DNA from: Octopus bimaculoides | Lineage: Eukaryota | Direction: 5' to 3' | DNA: 42,023 bases | NCBI RefSeq assembly: GCF_001194135.2 | Contig: NC_068986.1 | Coordinates: forward strand, 47,526,611-47,568,633 | Shown here: positions 11,309 to 23,718 of the stretch, in pieces | Position numbering within the stretch: the first letter of the stretch is position 1 | Layout: each line of letters starts with the position of its first letter | Program-made: the position numbers and the translations under genes | Notes under the pieces: generated by a model | Databases searched by the model: none | Seen by the model: the letters and a program-made list of their open reading frames with translations, nothing else | What the model was told of the DNA's origin: nothing

Positions 11309-11729
11309 CATATCACATCACATATACAGAGTAATGTATGTTGCCTGTTTGATTTGTTACTAGAATTACCCCAGACGTCAACCGCTAGCAATTTTGCCAC
11401 TTTTCCATGATGAGGTACATGACTTTTGAATTAATTAAAATACAGGTATAATCAGTGCAAGATTTTATTCTTTCTCTATATTTAATTCAAGCATTTTCAT
11501 TGAAAATAAAGTATAAAACTCTTTTACTAGTCAATATACCATTGGCTACGTACTCTTATATAATTTAATATTTAGATAACAGAATGCATCTAATAAAAAT
11601 TAATACATGAGACAAATGTGAATTAATATGTATTTCTCATTTACACATATTATTTGTAATAAGATGAAAGAAATATATAATAGTATTTCTAAAATTGTCC
11701 AAAGCACTTTTTCCACAAAGGCACTATAC

Positions 11730-13621
11730 AATCTTCTAATATTGTCTTTTGTAGTATTAAGTGAGAATAATAACCAGCGAAAGAGCTTTCGTACAGATTA
11801 AAGAATATGTTTTTTTTTATAAAAGTAGCCAAAAATTAAATTATGTCCGAGCGAGATACAAATTTAAAGAGAGTATACAATTTTGGGGGGTTTATATTTG
11901 CTTTATATGAAATTGTTACTGAAACCTTTTTGCAGTTTTTCGTTTTTGCAACGAACAACGTCTGCAAACTTTTTTTTTCCCCCATTTTTTTTCAACGTTA
12001 TGAAAGTTAATAGTTACTCTGTTGATACCCACCTTAGTTAATTTTGATTTTCTCTCAGTTCTGTGTTTTCTGGAAGAATAGCTCTCACGTAATTGAGTTG
12101 CAATGTCAAACCTAAATTTCATATGGTCGTTGTTCTTTCGTGGCGGAGGTACCTTGTGGCTTATTGCATAAACAATATATGAATTAACACAGGTTCACTA
12201 AAAAACATACAATGTGCCTCCACCATTTATTTCCAGGTCGTCCAACTGGGTAGTATGCTCGATACTGGCCGGATTTGTCGACACCACCCATACATTTGTT
12301 ATAGGAAATATTTACTGCGGGTTTTCCTCACCACCAACACCAGCTTATTCATTGGTAGACAGAAATAAAACCTTTATTTTTTATTTTTATATAATGTTAC
12401 AAACAAATTTTCTTTCTGTATTTGAAGAATATCCCCCACTTTAAAAAAAAATTTGCTGTTTTCATTTCACGTGGTAGCCCTATACGGTTCCTCACAGCAG
12501 TACTAAACGTTAAGTACTTACATGAGGTCGAAACACAGGTGTCGCTATTGATGGTGAAATGCTTCAGTTAGAGTCCATACTATGTCATACCCCAATCCAT
12601 ATAGCCTGTCTCTATAATATTTTTTCCTTGTGTAGACATCAAAGTTTGCACAATATCCTGTGTCTGATTCACAGACTTCCCATACCTTGATGCCCCATTT
12701 AGTAGTTTCAACAAGGCATGTATTGCCAAAAACGTACCTTACCTTTATAGCCTATCAAGGCTTCGTCTACACTGAGATTTTTCCCGGCCAGATACACAGT
12801 TTTATACTTATTACGAAGTAAATCAATAATAGGACGCATTTTATATAGGGGATCGTAGTTTGGGTCTTTCAGAGTCAGACAAATGTAAATATTGAGATAT
12901 TTTCGAATACCTTGTTTTCAATATAAAGCTAGAGGTATATGGATCACAATACCTTACACCAGGACTCCAGTAGTTCTACAGTCGAGGAAGCTGCTTGATA
13001 CCAAACATAATATTTATGGCAAGAAAAAAGCTCGCATTTCTGCAGTATTGATTGGCTGCTATAGTGGATCGAGTCTTTCACTAATAGAAATCATGCGTTG
13101 AGCATATTTATTCGTTTCCTCCACGACGGTTTAAAAAAAAAACTTTCTGGTAAAAATAAAAATAAATAGTCCGAGGGTTGAGCATCAGGAGGTACAGTTT
13201 TTCTTCGACTGTGTTGCTGTAATGTCTTGAATATCGTAATTTTCATCACTTTCATTATTAAAATTTTCTTCCTCGTTCGACGAAAATTCATTAATATCAA
13301 TATCAGATTCGTCCGGAGAACAATTACTGTTATTTTCGCTTATATTTTGTACATCATAAAGAGTAAAACCCTCAAAGTCGCTACTTGCTGACGTCATATG
13401 GATAAATTCTAATATACACACTTCACTTCAAACGTTGGAAAAATCACGTGGTCTCAAACGTTTCACGGTATTTTTACATGAATAAAGGCAGGTAAAGATT
13501 TATCTTGCATTATTTAAAAGCTACGAGTATTCAATAGCGTGATTTGTTTATTTATTTATTTTTTGCGATTCCGTAAAGGAGTCAAATACAGCCGGATTTG
13601 GCCGATTCAAACCAATAAGGG
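11730..13621 (-). mobile_element. Decayed piggyBac transposon (DDE_Tnp_1_7 / PGBD4-like transposase pseudogene)
   Basis: Minus strand: acidic N-terminus (13400-13185); NKYA..EMRAF..GIKQLP..YWS; DPLYKMRPIIDLL..LSVDEALIGYKGKV..WGIKVWEVCESDTGYCANFDVYT; YNKCMGGVDK..YYPVGRPGNKWWR; truncated Cys-rich end VCRRCS. Terminus ttca|CCCTT at 13621. Other boundary uncertain. Confidence 0.85.
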
Positions 13622-13758
13622 TGAAATAATTTTGGACAGGCTTAACACTAATACTCTTTTCGCTTTCCTTTCATATATGTATATAAAAATGTATCTAACC
13701 ATATACTTGTATGTGCGCGTGCGTGCGTGTGTGTATACATTTATTTATATATACTCAT

Positions 13759-13759
<1 letters not shown>

Positions 13760-13843
<84 letters not shown>

Positions 13844-13845
13844 TT
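13760..13845. repeat. (CA)n microsatellite
   Basis: Seen directly. Confidence 0.95.
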
Positions 13846-14783
13846 CACACCTGTGGTTGTGTATAAGGGAATATTTTAAATTGAAACGAAACCTGCTCCA
13901 TTAATATTGAATAATTTTTCTTTCATACACGTGTGTTTGTGAGTATGAGTCTTTTTCGGTGTGTATGTGTGTTTGTTCATGTGTGTGTGTGTGATGGTGC
14001 GAGCGCGCGTCTATGTGTTGTCTTTAAATGCAGTCTAATCTACATACATAAAGAGCTAGCGCGGGGCAATGACACACAGTCTAGAATTTTCATCACTTGC
14101 TACAATTATTTGAAAGTCCTGTGTGTGTGAGAGAACTAGCGACTTTCCATCTAAATACATTTAATAGACCGAGCCAATACTCAAATCATTCTTAGATTGT
14201 TCCCAGTTGTTATTTGGAAACAATTTTGAAACAATTTCCTTTATAGACAAATTGTATAGGATGTTTTATTTATACTCATATTTATGTATATATATTTGTA
14301 TGGTGTGCACGATTGTATTTATGACATTTTTCATTATCTAATAAATGAAAATGAGAGTGAAGGAAATATTTTCCAATAAATGGCAAGTTGGTTCAGCTAA
14401 ACCTAGTCTACTCTTCCCCCATCAGCACACAGCACGTTAGAAAACAGATTTTATTTTGAATAAAATTATTATAGATATATGTATGAAAGTGTGTCTGTGT
14501 ATGCACACATACATAGATACATACATGCATACATACATACATACATACATACATACATACATAAATGATTTTTATATAATATTTTGAAATAAATTGGAGG
14601 AACTAGGTTGAACTCTTTCTCATCTGGTTATTGATCAAATTTTCTTACGTCCATAGTTAATTCACTTAAATCAACTAAGAAACAAATTTGTTGGGTTTTT
14701 ACATATGGAAATTAAACGGAAATTAATGTGGAGTTTATAACTGCTGCTACTACTATTATTGTTTTACTGTTTGTTGGTTGTTG

Positions 14784-14885
14784 TTATTATTACTGTTGAA
14801 GTTAATGTTGTTATTGTTGAAGTTTAATGTTGTTGTTATTGTTGAAGTTAATGTTGTTGTTATTGTTGAAGTTAATGTTGTTGTA
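14784..14885. repeat. Four ~24-bp tandem units gttgaagttaatgttgttgttatt
   Basis: Seen directly; looks derived from (GTT)n. Confidence 0.85.
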
Positions 14886-15558
14886 AATAACATCTTCGCC
14901 TTTGCTGAGTTTGATGTGGTAGTTGTCGTTATCGAAATCCTCCTAGTTGTTGTTTTTGAGAGTATTTCTTAAATTTGTAATCGCCCAATTAATAAATACA
15001 GAAAAGTGCTTTGCGAGCAACTTGTATTCTCTTTCACTTTTTAGGAAAGCAATAACATTTCTACGTGAAGGTGTTCCTAAGAATTTCGTGCAAAATTTCC
15101 AAATAAAATTCTATTAAGTTGATGTAGAAGAGGTCATCGCGCAGATTTTTCTCTTTTTCTTTCTTTTTTCTTTTCCTGTCATAGAATCGACCGTATTCCA
15201 GTATGAAATGAGTATTTTTGAAATAATTTACAGATGCCACTTTATAGCACTCTATGATGTATAAGAAAGTGTTGCTTTTTGTTGATTATTTTTGTGCAGA
15301 ACTCATTTTCATAGACTTTGCACCATGTTTACAAGTGATTTTACAATTTCAGTATAACAGCTCAGCGAATTTAAGAACGACTGAAGATTACATGCATTTA
15401 ATTTAACCCTTCATTATCAGTTCAAATTCCACTGGTTTCTATATATTTTCCATTCCTCTTTCTAGTGTCGGAAAATATTCACTAGTTGTGTACTACAATC
15501 GAGTTTATCAGATATAAATTTTCTTAGGCCAATATAAGAATACCTACATACATACGTA

Positions 15559-15737
15559 CAGGATGGGGAAAAAGTAGGCCTTCAGTTGTATAGTTGTATA
15601 TTTTATTTTTTATTTCAAACACATTGTACAATGTTAGTCCTGTAAATGCTCAAAATGTCTGCCTTGAACATTGACATGCTTCACTGTCTTGTAAAAACAA
15701 GAATATACAACTGTTAGACTACTTTAGCACCACCCCG
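15559..15737. mobile_element. 179-bp Tc1/mariner-type MITE in a (TACA)n tract
   Basis: TA|caggatggggaaaaagtaggccttcagttgtata ... tatacaactgttagactactttagcaccaccccg|TA: imperfect ~33-bp TIRs with TA on both sides. Confidence 0.75.
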
Positions 15738-15865
15738 TACATACATACATACATACATACATACATACGTACATACATACATACATACATGCATGCATGC
15801 ATACATACATACATGCATGCATGCATGCATACATACATACACACACGCATACGTACATACATGCA
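15738..15865. repeat. (TACA)n/(TGCA)n microsatellite
   Basis: Seen directly. Confidence 0.9.
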
Positions 15866-16604
15866 TACAAATGATCATGATGTTTGGGATTATAAAAATC
15901 AGCAAGACCTTAAGGTTTGAAGGATGATGGACAAAACAAGATGCTTTTCTTCAAAACCTTGCTACCAAATAACTAACCAGTCAAAATTTACTCTGAATTA
16001 AAAAGAGCAATACAAGAACACACACACACACACACACATTTATATATATCTATATATATATCTATATATATATCTATATATCTATGTAATACAAAAGATA
16101 TGTGAGTATATGCATATATACGTACATGTATGTACATACGTACATCTACATGTATATATAGATGCATATCTGGGTAAAGGACGTCACAAAAAAACGTGGA
16201 CAAAATTAAAAACAGAACATAAACAGAACACAGAAAACACACAGGCCACATAGAGAACATTTCTTTCATCAGCTGCCACCATAATAAACTAAGCGTTTCG
16301 AAGAGTTAGGGCAGGTGCAGGAGCGCACTAACACACACACAAAATACTATCTTTCCACATGCCATGGTATTGTTGGTGACCATACAAAACCAGCTTGTAT
16401 TTACATTTTCCAAAATAAAGAATACTTCTGAAGCATTCAAATAAAACAGTAAGTAAGTATAAGTTAGATATATTTGTATAGGGTAGGGAACAAATGTCGT
16501 GTACTACTGCAGAGACCAGCTGCAATGCACGAGTAAATAATGCATCAGTATAGAATTGGGAGTGATCGTGGAACAGTATTGTAGTGAATATATTAATTGA
16601 ATAT

Positions 16605-16823
16605 AAGGCTGCGAGCAGGGAGAATCGTTAGCACACCGGGCAAAATATCTAGCGGCATCCAGTCCATCTTCACATCTTGTGTTCAAATTCTGCCGAGGCT
16701 GACTTTGCCTTTCATCCTTTCGAAGTCGATAAAATGAGTACTATTTGAACAATGGACTCGATGTAATCGACTTACCCCTCCCTCGAAATTGCTGGCCTTG
16801 TGCCAGAATTTGAACCCAATATT
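16605..16823 (+). mobile_element. SINE family A, full length
   Basis: ggctgcgagcagggagaatcgttagcacaccggg..gttcaaattctgccgagg..ggccttgtgccagaatttgaa. Confidence 0.9.
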
Positions 16824-16837
16824 TACACCGAGAAGTA

Positions 16838-17024
16838 ACGCGGCGTGCTGGCAGGATCGTTAGTACGCCGGGAAAAAAAAGCTTCGTGGCATTCTGTTTG
16901 TCTTTACGTTTTGAGTTCAAATTTCAGTGAGGTCAGCTCTGCCTTTCATCCTTTCGGGGTCGATAAGATAATTACCAGTTAAACACAAGTTGCTGGTCTT
17001 GTGCAAAATTCGAAATCAATATAT
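16838..17024 (+). mobile_element. SINE family A, directly behind the previous copy
   Basis: cggcgtgctggcaggatcgttagtacgccggg..gagttcaaattt..ctttcggggtcgataag. Confidence 0.85.
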
Positions 17025-17699
17025 TAACTGAATATATTAATTTAAACTACATCGTAATGACATTTATGCAGTGTCATGTTTATAGCAGTTTGAGATTTGT
17101 GTTTGTATGTTCGATTGTTTAATCTAAGCTGCTGATATTGCAGTGATGTTGCAACATACATACGGCATTGGGGAATTGTTATGTTAAGTCTGTCATTAGT
17201 TCACATTGAGGTAGCGTTATGACATAATACGCTGACGGTTCCTATGTGTCTTTATTGTAACTTTAAAATTTTGGATGTCTGTTATGTTAGAAATTAGTTG
17301 ACAATAAGGTGGTGTTATGACGTACTATATTGGCACTCATCTGTTTTTTTAATATTTTAACTGACCATACTGTATATAATTCCACTAGTATTATGGCTGT
17401 CGAATTTAGTATTTCAAATGTGTGCTGTATTTGTTATATTTTATATTGTATTTTCTCGACATTGCAGTAATTTTCTGACTGAAAGTTACCTAAATATTTA
17501 GAATCTCCTGATCCTTCTGTTGATGGAAAGCAACAAGTACGAGTCATAAAGAGATTTGTAGTACTCTCAGTAGTATTAGATCGATTCTGGGTGCAAACCT
17601 TTGCTCTCCCATTACCCCCTCCTCACTCTCACTGATTTTTTTTTCTGGAAAGGGGAATTTTGTGTCTAGTCAAATAAAATAAATTTAATTCACATTTCT

Positions 17700-17880
17700 T
17701 CGACCGGGTGAAGCGTTGTGTTCTTGAGCAAAACACTTCACTTCACGTTGCTCCAGTCCATTCAGATGGCAAAAATGAGTAACCCTGTGATGGACCGGCG
17801 TCCCGTTCAGGTGAGGAATATATACGTCATTGAAACCGGGAAACCGGCCCTATGATTCAATATGACTCGAGAAGGAACTA
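17700..17880 (+). mobile_element. 5'-truncated CORE-SINE with a V/Meta-like central segment
   Basis: gttgtgttcttgagcaaaacacttcacttcacgttgctccagtcc (CORE-like, shared with 32685-32735) followed by aaccctgtgatggaccggcgtcccgttcagg. Confidence 0.7.
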
Positions 17881-18174
17881 ATTCATATTACTTAAAGGGG
17901 GTTCAGTGATATTGGTAAATAAATCAAATTCCCAATGAATGTTAATTTAATAAGGTTTGTTGAATAGACCTTTGTTTGTAATCTCTAAACAAATAACTCA
18001 GTATAACTAGTTGTGGGTAACTATAATGAACATTAAACTGTAGACTATACAAATAATTGCAATAATGATTACTGCTTCATCAGATGGTATCCTTCCATGA
18101 GTTATTAAAGTGTGTATGTGTATGTGCGTGAGCGCGCGTTTCTATGTATGTATGTATGTATGTATGTATGTATG

Positions 18175-18392
18175 TGTGCTCGCGTTTGTGTTTGTCGCCA
18201 CCACCGCTTGACGACTGGTGTTGGATTGTTTACGCCTTCGTAACTTAGTGGTTCTGGAAAAGAGACCGATAGAATAAGTACCATACTTAAAAACGAAGTA
18301 CTGGGCTCGATTTGTTCAACTAAACACTCTGAAGTGGTGCTCCACTATGGCTGCAGTGCAATGACGGAGAAAAGTAAAGGATAATAAAAAAT
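18175..18392 (+). mobile_element. 3' half of family B CORE-SINE after a (TATG)n tract
   Basis: ccgcttgacgactggtgttgg..cgtaacttagtggttc..accgatagaataagtacc..ggtgctccactatggctgcagt. Confidence 0.8.
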
Positions 18393-18599
18393 TAAAGATG
18401 ATCGAAACAAGGACCGAGAGGTTACGTATTCAATGCTGAAACAACGATTTTGCCATTCCACCACATAGTGACTTTTAGGGTTAAAATCACAGATTGTATC
18501 AAAAAGAAATTTGGGATGAATTTGATGTCGCTCTGGAAAGGGAAGGTAAATACAATGAACTGGCTTTACTGAGAAGGAAACCGTATCAATAAAACAGAC

Positions 18600-18852
18600 T
18601 CTGCATAGTGCAAGATCCGATAGAAATAGAATTCTACCGTCTTAAAAAAAGGAGAGCAATATTAAAGGTTTAAATAAAGGATGGAATAGTCACAGTTAGA
18701 ATGTTTTTGGTGATAGGTTTGATTTACCACAGCTGGAGTGGGCCTGGACGTAGTCAACGCATTAACGAGAAATAGAGACCACATCGTTCTAAAATCATAA
18801 ACTACTACCTTATAAGAATTGAGAATGGAAGGATATATCGGTTAACATTGTC

Positions 18853-18902
<50 letters not shown>

Positions 18903-20932
18903 GCAGATACAAACTCACAAGTAAAGAAAAGGAAAAAGCAAGAGAGAAATATAGTTACTACTGACAAAGAAACAGTTGGTATTGAATATCATTATTTAGT
19001 CATCATCACTATATACGATAAATATCTAATTGACCGTGTATTGCGTTTTTAAATAGTGTGGAAAAATAGCTATTTTTCTTTACAGTCAATTTCGTCGTAT
19101 CAATATATTAATAGGTATGCAGTTTATGCTTAGCACATTTCGTGTATATGTATATTTATGTTAATATTAGTGTTTGTATATCAGTGAATATTATTGCATA
19201 GAAAGAATATTCTTTAAGGAATTAGCATTTAGCTGAACAATAGAAACTCATAGAGTGATTGATTTTAGACGGAGGGGAAAATAGTTTCCGTGATACTTGT
19301 GCTTTTCTCACTTGAATAAGTGGAAAAATTGAGCATATATGGTGACAAACACGAATAGAAACCAGATCATGGATTCTGTACGCTGGGAGCAAAGAGAGAG
19401 CCGTATCGCAGTTGCTCTAGGTATTACAAGGTGCGGACAAATCTCCTTCAAATCACACCTTATGTGTAGAAAACCTAGGGACACAAAGAATAATGTACTC
19501 CTGGACGTATCCCGCAACTGACTGTCATCAGGGGATGATGTTGTTACTTCGGTCACTAACATACTCCTTAAAACCGGGTAACCAGTGAAACTCCTAGATG
19601 GTCGCGGATGGAAATCGTTTTGATCATTGGAATACTCATTAAGGTCTGACCTTGGGTTATACAGCAATACTGACAAGCAATAAAAAAAGTTCCTGTTTGA
19701 TTTGACAGAAAAGGCATTTTTTTTTTAAAGAATAGCAAAAAGGGTTGGTATCTTTTCAAGAGTATTCAAAGCGTCAGTGAAGGGAAATGGCTTAAGTTAG
19801 CGATTGAAACCACCATGTAGATGCAGCTTACAATTACATTAAACGAATGAATTGAAGACGCAAAAGGCAAACTTTTTGTATGTTCGCTCATCGTGCAAGA
19901 AACGGCTGATAAATCTCCCTCAAATCATACTCTACCGTTTAACAAAATGATAGGACATATCGGGCGATGTAGACCGAGATTTTCCTGCCAATTCAGAACC
20001 TTTATAAAGACATGTTGCATAGTTACATTGTTGCTTTAGCTTTGCAGAATTTTCTTCTACGAGATGAAACACCAAGGGAAACTACTTTAGAATAGTATTT
20101 CCCAATGAAATATTAATCACATCAGCAGGATTATCAAGTGTTTAATCTTTTCTCGAATACTTCACTAGTCTAAAAGTGGTAAAAAAAATAAATAAAAACG
20201 CTGCACTACCATCTACAACAACAGTACGAACTTCGTCTATAACTACCCGACCATCCCCATCTGCAAGGATAACAACAGCAATACTACCTTCGTCTGTAAC
20301 GACACTTCCCGCATCTACTTCTATCTTTCTTCACATTGTCGTCTTAAGAAAAGGACATTATGGACGATGTAGTCCTACACACATTATGATTGAAAAAAAA
20401 ATTAATTACTGGATGGTCATGGCTGGAATGTCTTTTATCATAGGTCTACTCTATCAGAAATGACTAAACAACAACAGCAACAAAACAGCAACAACCTATC
20501 GTTATCAATGAGAAAGTCTTTACGTGATCATTCGAACAGCTGGAAAAAGTAATTGAATTTCCCTTGAATTGAATTTTCCTCTTAAGAAATGAAGAACTCG
20601 TTGGTCAATATTGTAATCGATACAAAAAATAATGGATGGCCACAACTGGGGTGTTCATTTTATCATAAGTCTGCTCATTCAGAACTGACTTAAAGCTGAG
20701 CAACCACAACTTGTCAGTATGAAACCATTTCGAAGCGTCTATGTAGTCTCCTTGATGTACTAGAAATAGCAGCTAAAGCTCTCTGAAGTTACACAAAACA
20801 CCGAGCAACGCAAAAAAAAAAGATAGAAGAAACACTAGATAATGCAATTTGAAATAAACTACCTAAAAGGATGGTATAGACAAAGTTGGAGCGCTTTTGA
20901 TCGTAGGTCGGCTCGATCATACCTCACTTTCG
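18600..20932 (+). repeat. Six co-oriented degenerate copies of an unnamed repeat (family C): ~18600-18770, 19425-19670, 19885-19990, 20330-20495, 20620-20710, 20735-20932
   Basis: Shared motifs aaatctcc(t/c)tcaaatca.., ggac..ataatgtagtcc, (g)gatggtca(c/t)ggctggaatg..ttt(g/t)atcataggtct; one copy ends in (AAC)n. Confidence 0.7.
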
Positions 20933-21888
20933 ATCGCACAGCAGCGTACCTCACATGTAAGTAGTTTAAAATTTTAAACAGAAAGAGGAGATTGGAAGTT
21001 GTGGTGTTCATCTCTCTCTTTCTCTCTTAGTACATCTTTCCGCAATTATTAAGCAACATATGACGAGCGAAGTAATTTACACATGGAATGAAAGCTTAAA
21101 TACATTTAAATCGAACCAGCGAAATCTTAGCTCTGTTGAATGGTTCTCAGCAGCAGTTCACGTCAATACACCGAAATAAGTAAAAACAAAAATAAAATTA
21201 ATCGGGTTTAATTGAAAAATATACTCCAAATTCCGTTATGTTGTTTAAATTCCGGTTGTCACTGTCTTACAACAAAGTTAATGTCGAATAGAAATTCTTT
21301 TAGAGTCTAATTAAGAATCAACTCACAGGATTTAGAGACATAAAAATCTACTAATAGATTATTGCACGTTGGTAATAAACAAGGATTGGCTTAGTACAAA
21401 GTAAATTGAAAAGGTTATGAAGTGACAAAATCTTCAACAGATCAGTTTAACTCAAGTCTCTCCTGCAGAACACTTTTTACGCGTAGTTATGTATTCTCGT
21501 CATCTATACGCAAAGAGCTTATAAAGGGTTACGTTAAAATTACTCTAGATTAGCAAATCAAATGAGAAATACAGATCCTCGTGTTGGATGTATATATGAT
21601 TAAGACAGTAAAATATCGAATACTTAAGAATAAGATGCTTACAGGAATAGAATGCAAGTATGGAACGAATAAACCTAACGTTATGTCACTGACTACATTC
21701 ATAATATATGCATGCGTACATGTATATGTAGTATATGTATATTTTATGTATGGATGAACATATACACGCACGCGTATATAAATGTGTGTGTGTGTGTGTG
21801 TGTGTGTGGTCAGTGTAATCTACTAATCCCCTTCCTCCTGAAAAAAATTGCTGGCTTTATGGTCTTGCTGGACATTTGAAAAAAAATA

Positions 21889-22100
21889 TGGCGGTGAAAT
21901 GGCGGAATCATTAGCGCACCGGACAAAACGTGCAGCGGCATTTCTTCCTGATCTTTACATTCCGAGTTCAAATCTCACCGAAATTAAATTTACTTTCATC
22001 CCTTCAGGGTCGATAAAATAAAAGACTAGTCAAGTAGTGGGATTGATATAATCGACTTGCCCCCACCTCACCTCAAATTACTGGTTTTGAGTCAAGAATA
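21889..22100 (+). mobile_element. SINE family A
   Basis: ggcggtgaaatggcggaatcattagcgcaccggacaaaa..gagttcaaat.., then an ATT tail. Confidence 0.85.
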
Positions 22101-22123
22101 TTATCATTATTATTATTATTATT

Positions 22124-22291
22124 GGCGGCGAACTGTTTGAATCGTTAGCACGCCGGACGAAATGCTTAGCAGTATTTCGCCCGTCGCTACGTTCCGAGTT
22201 CAAATTTCGCTGAGGTCGGCTTTACTTTTCTTCTTTTCGGGATCGATAAAATAAGTATCAAAACTTCTACCCTTGTGGCAAAATTTGAAAC

Positions 22292-22324
<33 letters not shown>
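22124..22324 (+). mobile_element. SINE family A inserted in the previous copy's ATT tail
   Basis: attggcggcgaactg..gcacgccggacgaaatgcttagc..gagttcaaatt, then (ATT)n. Confidence 0.9.
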
Positions 22325-22326
<2 letters not shown>

Positions 22327-23025
22327 GCTTGACTTTTGCTTTGTATTTGTACAAGTTGACTCCAAGTCTCACCCAGAAACCTCATGTTCTAGAGAATGTT
22401 TAAGAAAACTTAAGAAAACTGAGTTTGTTTTAAAATTTGAGATTACATAGACAGTATTCTACGTAGCCTATGAGCAGGGAGGAATCATCCCCTTTTGCTA
22501 TCATTCCTAGGGCACCTATGACAACAGATATTGTTTTAGTCTTGAGGTTCCACATTTTGCCAATTTCTATTTCAAAATCTTTATACGTGTTCAGTTTTGG
22601 TAGGTCTTGACACATAGATTTATGTCGACTGGGACAGTCATATCAATGAGGAGGCATGATTTTTGTCTGAAGTCTTTTAATATAATATCTGGCCTATTCG
22701 CATCTATTTTTTTTGTCAGTAACATATTTCGGTGACTGACCAGTTAATGATATTGAAATTGTAAGTCACGACTGGTATGGCTAAAGTACTGATCGCTTCG
22801 ATCCTGTTTCTTGCATTTAGCTCTGTCTTGAGTATTGCTGTCACCCTGCGATAACATTCCCTTCTGATCCTTTCCCTCATAACTGAATGTTTGATTCCAT
22901 CCCCTTCAAATACTCCTAGGTATTTGTAACTCTCCGCTGGTTCTAACGTCTTTATTAAATTCTGCTGGTCAAAATTAACATTGGATGTTTCTGTCATTTT
23001 TCTTTTAATAAAGGTAGCTTTTGCA
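22325..23025 (-). mobile_element. 5'-truncated, internally deleted RLE-type LINE (R4/Dong-like): RT C-terminus fused to restriction-like endonuclease
   Basis: AKATFIK..ESYKYLGVFEGDGIKHS..ELNARNRIEAISTLAIPVVTYNFNIINW then KKIDANRPDIILKDFRQKSCLLIDMTVPVD..YKDFEIEIGKMW..VVIGALG; (TAA)n at the 3' end. Confidence 0.85.
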
Positions 23026-23052
23026 TTATTATCATCATCATCATTATTATTT

Positions 23053-23275
23053 GGCGGCGAACTGGTTGAATCATTAGCACGCTGGACGAAATGCTTAGCA
23101 ATATTTCGCCTGTCGTTACGTTCCGAGTTCAAATTCCGCCGAGGTCGGCTTTGCCTTTTATCCTTTCGGAGTCGATAAATTAAGTACCAGTCAAGTACTG
23201 GAGTTGATGTGATCGACTTTCCCCCTTTCCCAAATTTCAGTACTTGTGCCTATCGTAGAAAGGATTATTATTATT
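23053..23275 (+). mobile_element. SINE family A, full length, well preserved
   Basis: ggcggcgaactggttgaatc (A-box region), gagttcaaattcc (B box), ..tgtgcctatcgtagaaaggattattatt. Confidence 0.92.
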
Positions 23276-23515
23276 GTTGTTGTTGTTGTTAAAATTTCGA
23301 TGTTGGTGAAGCAAACTTGTCATTTGGGCACAAAGTTACAAGTTTAAAGAGGAATAAAAAAAGAAATGCAGAGCTTTCATACTTTTTTCATTAACGTTAA
23401 CGACACTGCCAATGAAGTAAATTTCACCCAGGAAACGAAATGGCATCGCTGAGAGGTTGTAGAGGGAAGTTATCTCTCCTCTGCACTGATTGATATAATA
23501 ACTAGTATTATCATT

Positions 23516-23718
23516 AAGAGGACGGCGAGTTCGCAGAATAGCTAGATCGTGGGACGAAATGTTTAGTGCCCTTTCTCCTCTGCCTTTTATGTTCTGAATT
23601 TAAATTAAGCCGAGGACAGTGTTGCCTCTTATCGTTTCGAGGTTGATAGAATAAAGCAGTGAAGTTGATGGCATCGACAAACTACTCTTCAAAATTGCTA
23701 ACCTTATACCTAAATCAG
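23516..23718 (+). mobile_element. SINE family A, diverged
   Basis: gacggcgagttcgcagaatagctag..ggacgaaatgtttag..ttctgaatttaaattaagccgagg. Confidence 0.7.

Noticed and set aside
16230-16300. Minus-strand CGAAAC..CTGATGA motifs suggesting a permuted hammerhead or Penelope terminal repeat
   Set aside because: Stems I and III cannot be formed; at most a degenerate repeat fragment.
17490-17636. VLSVVLDRFW peptide resembling a Cys-loop receptor M4 segment
   Set aside because: No following hydrophobic helix, weak splice context and no other receptor exons seen.
19308-19676. 122-aa minus-strand ORF ending in a signal-peptide-like stretch (MIWFLFVFVTIYAQFF) with a gtgaga donor-like site
   Set aside because: About two thirds is the antisense of a family C repeat copy; no convincing downstream exon found.
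20176-20463. Thr/Ser-rich mucin-like ORF
   Set aside because: Degenerate trinucleotide low-complexity DNA running into a family C repeat.
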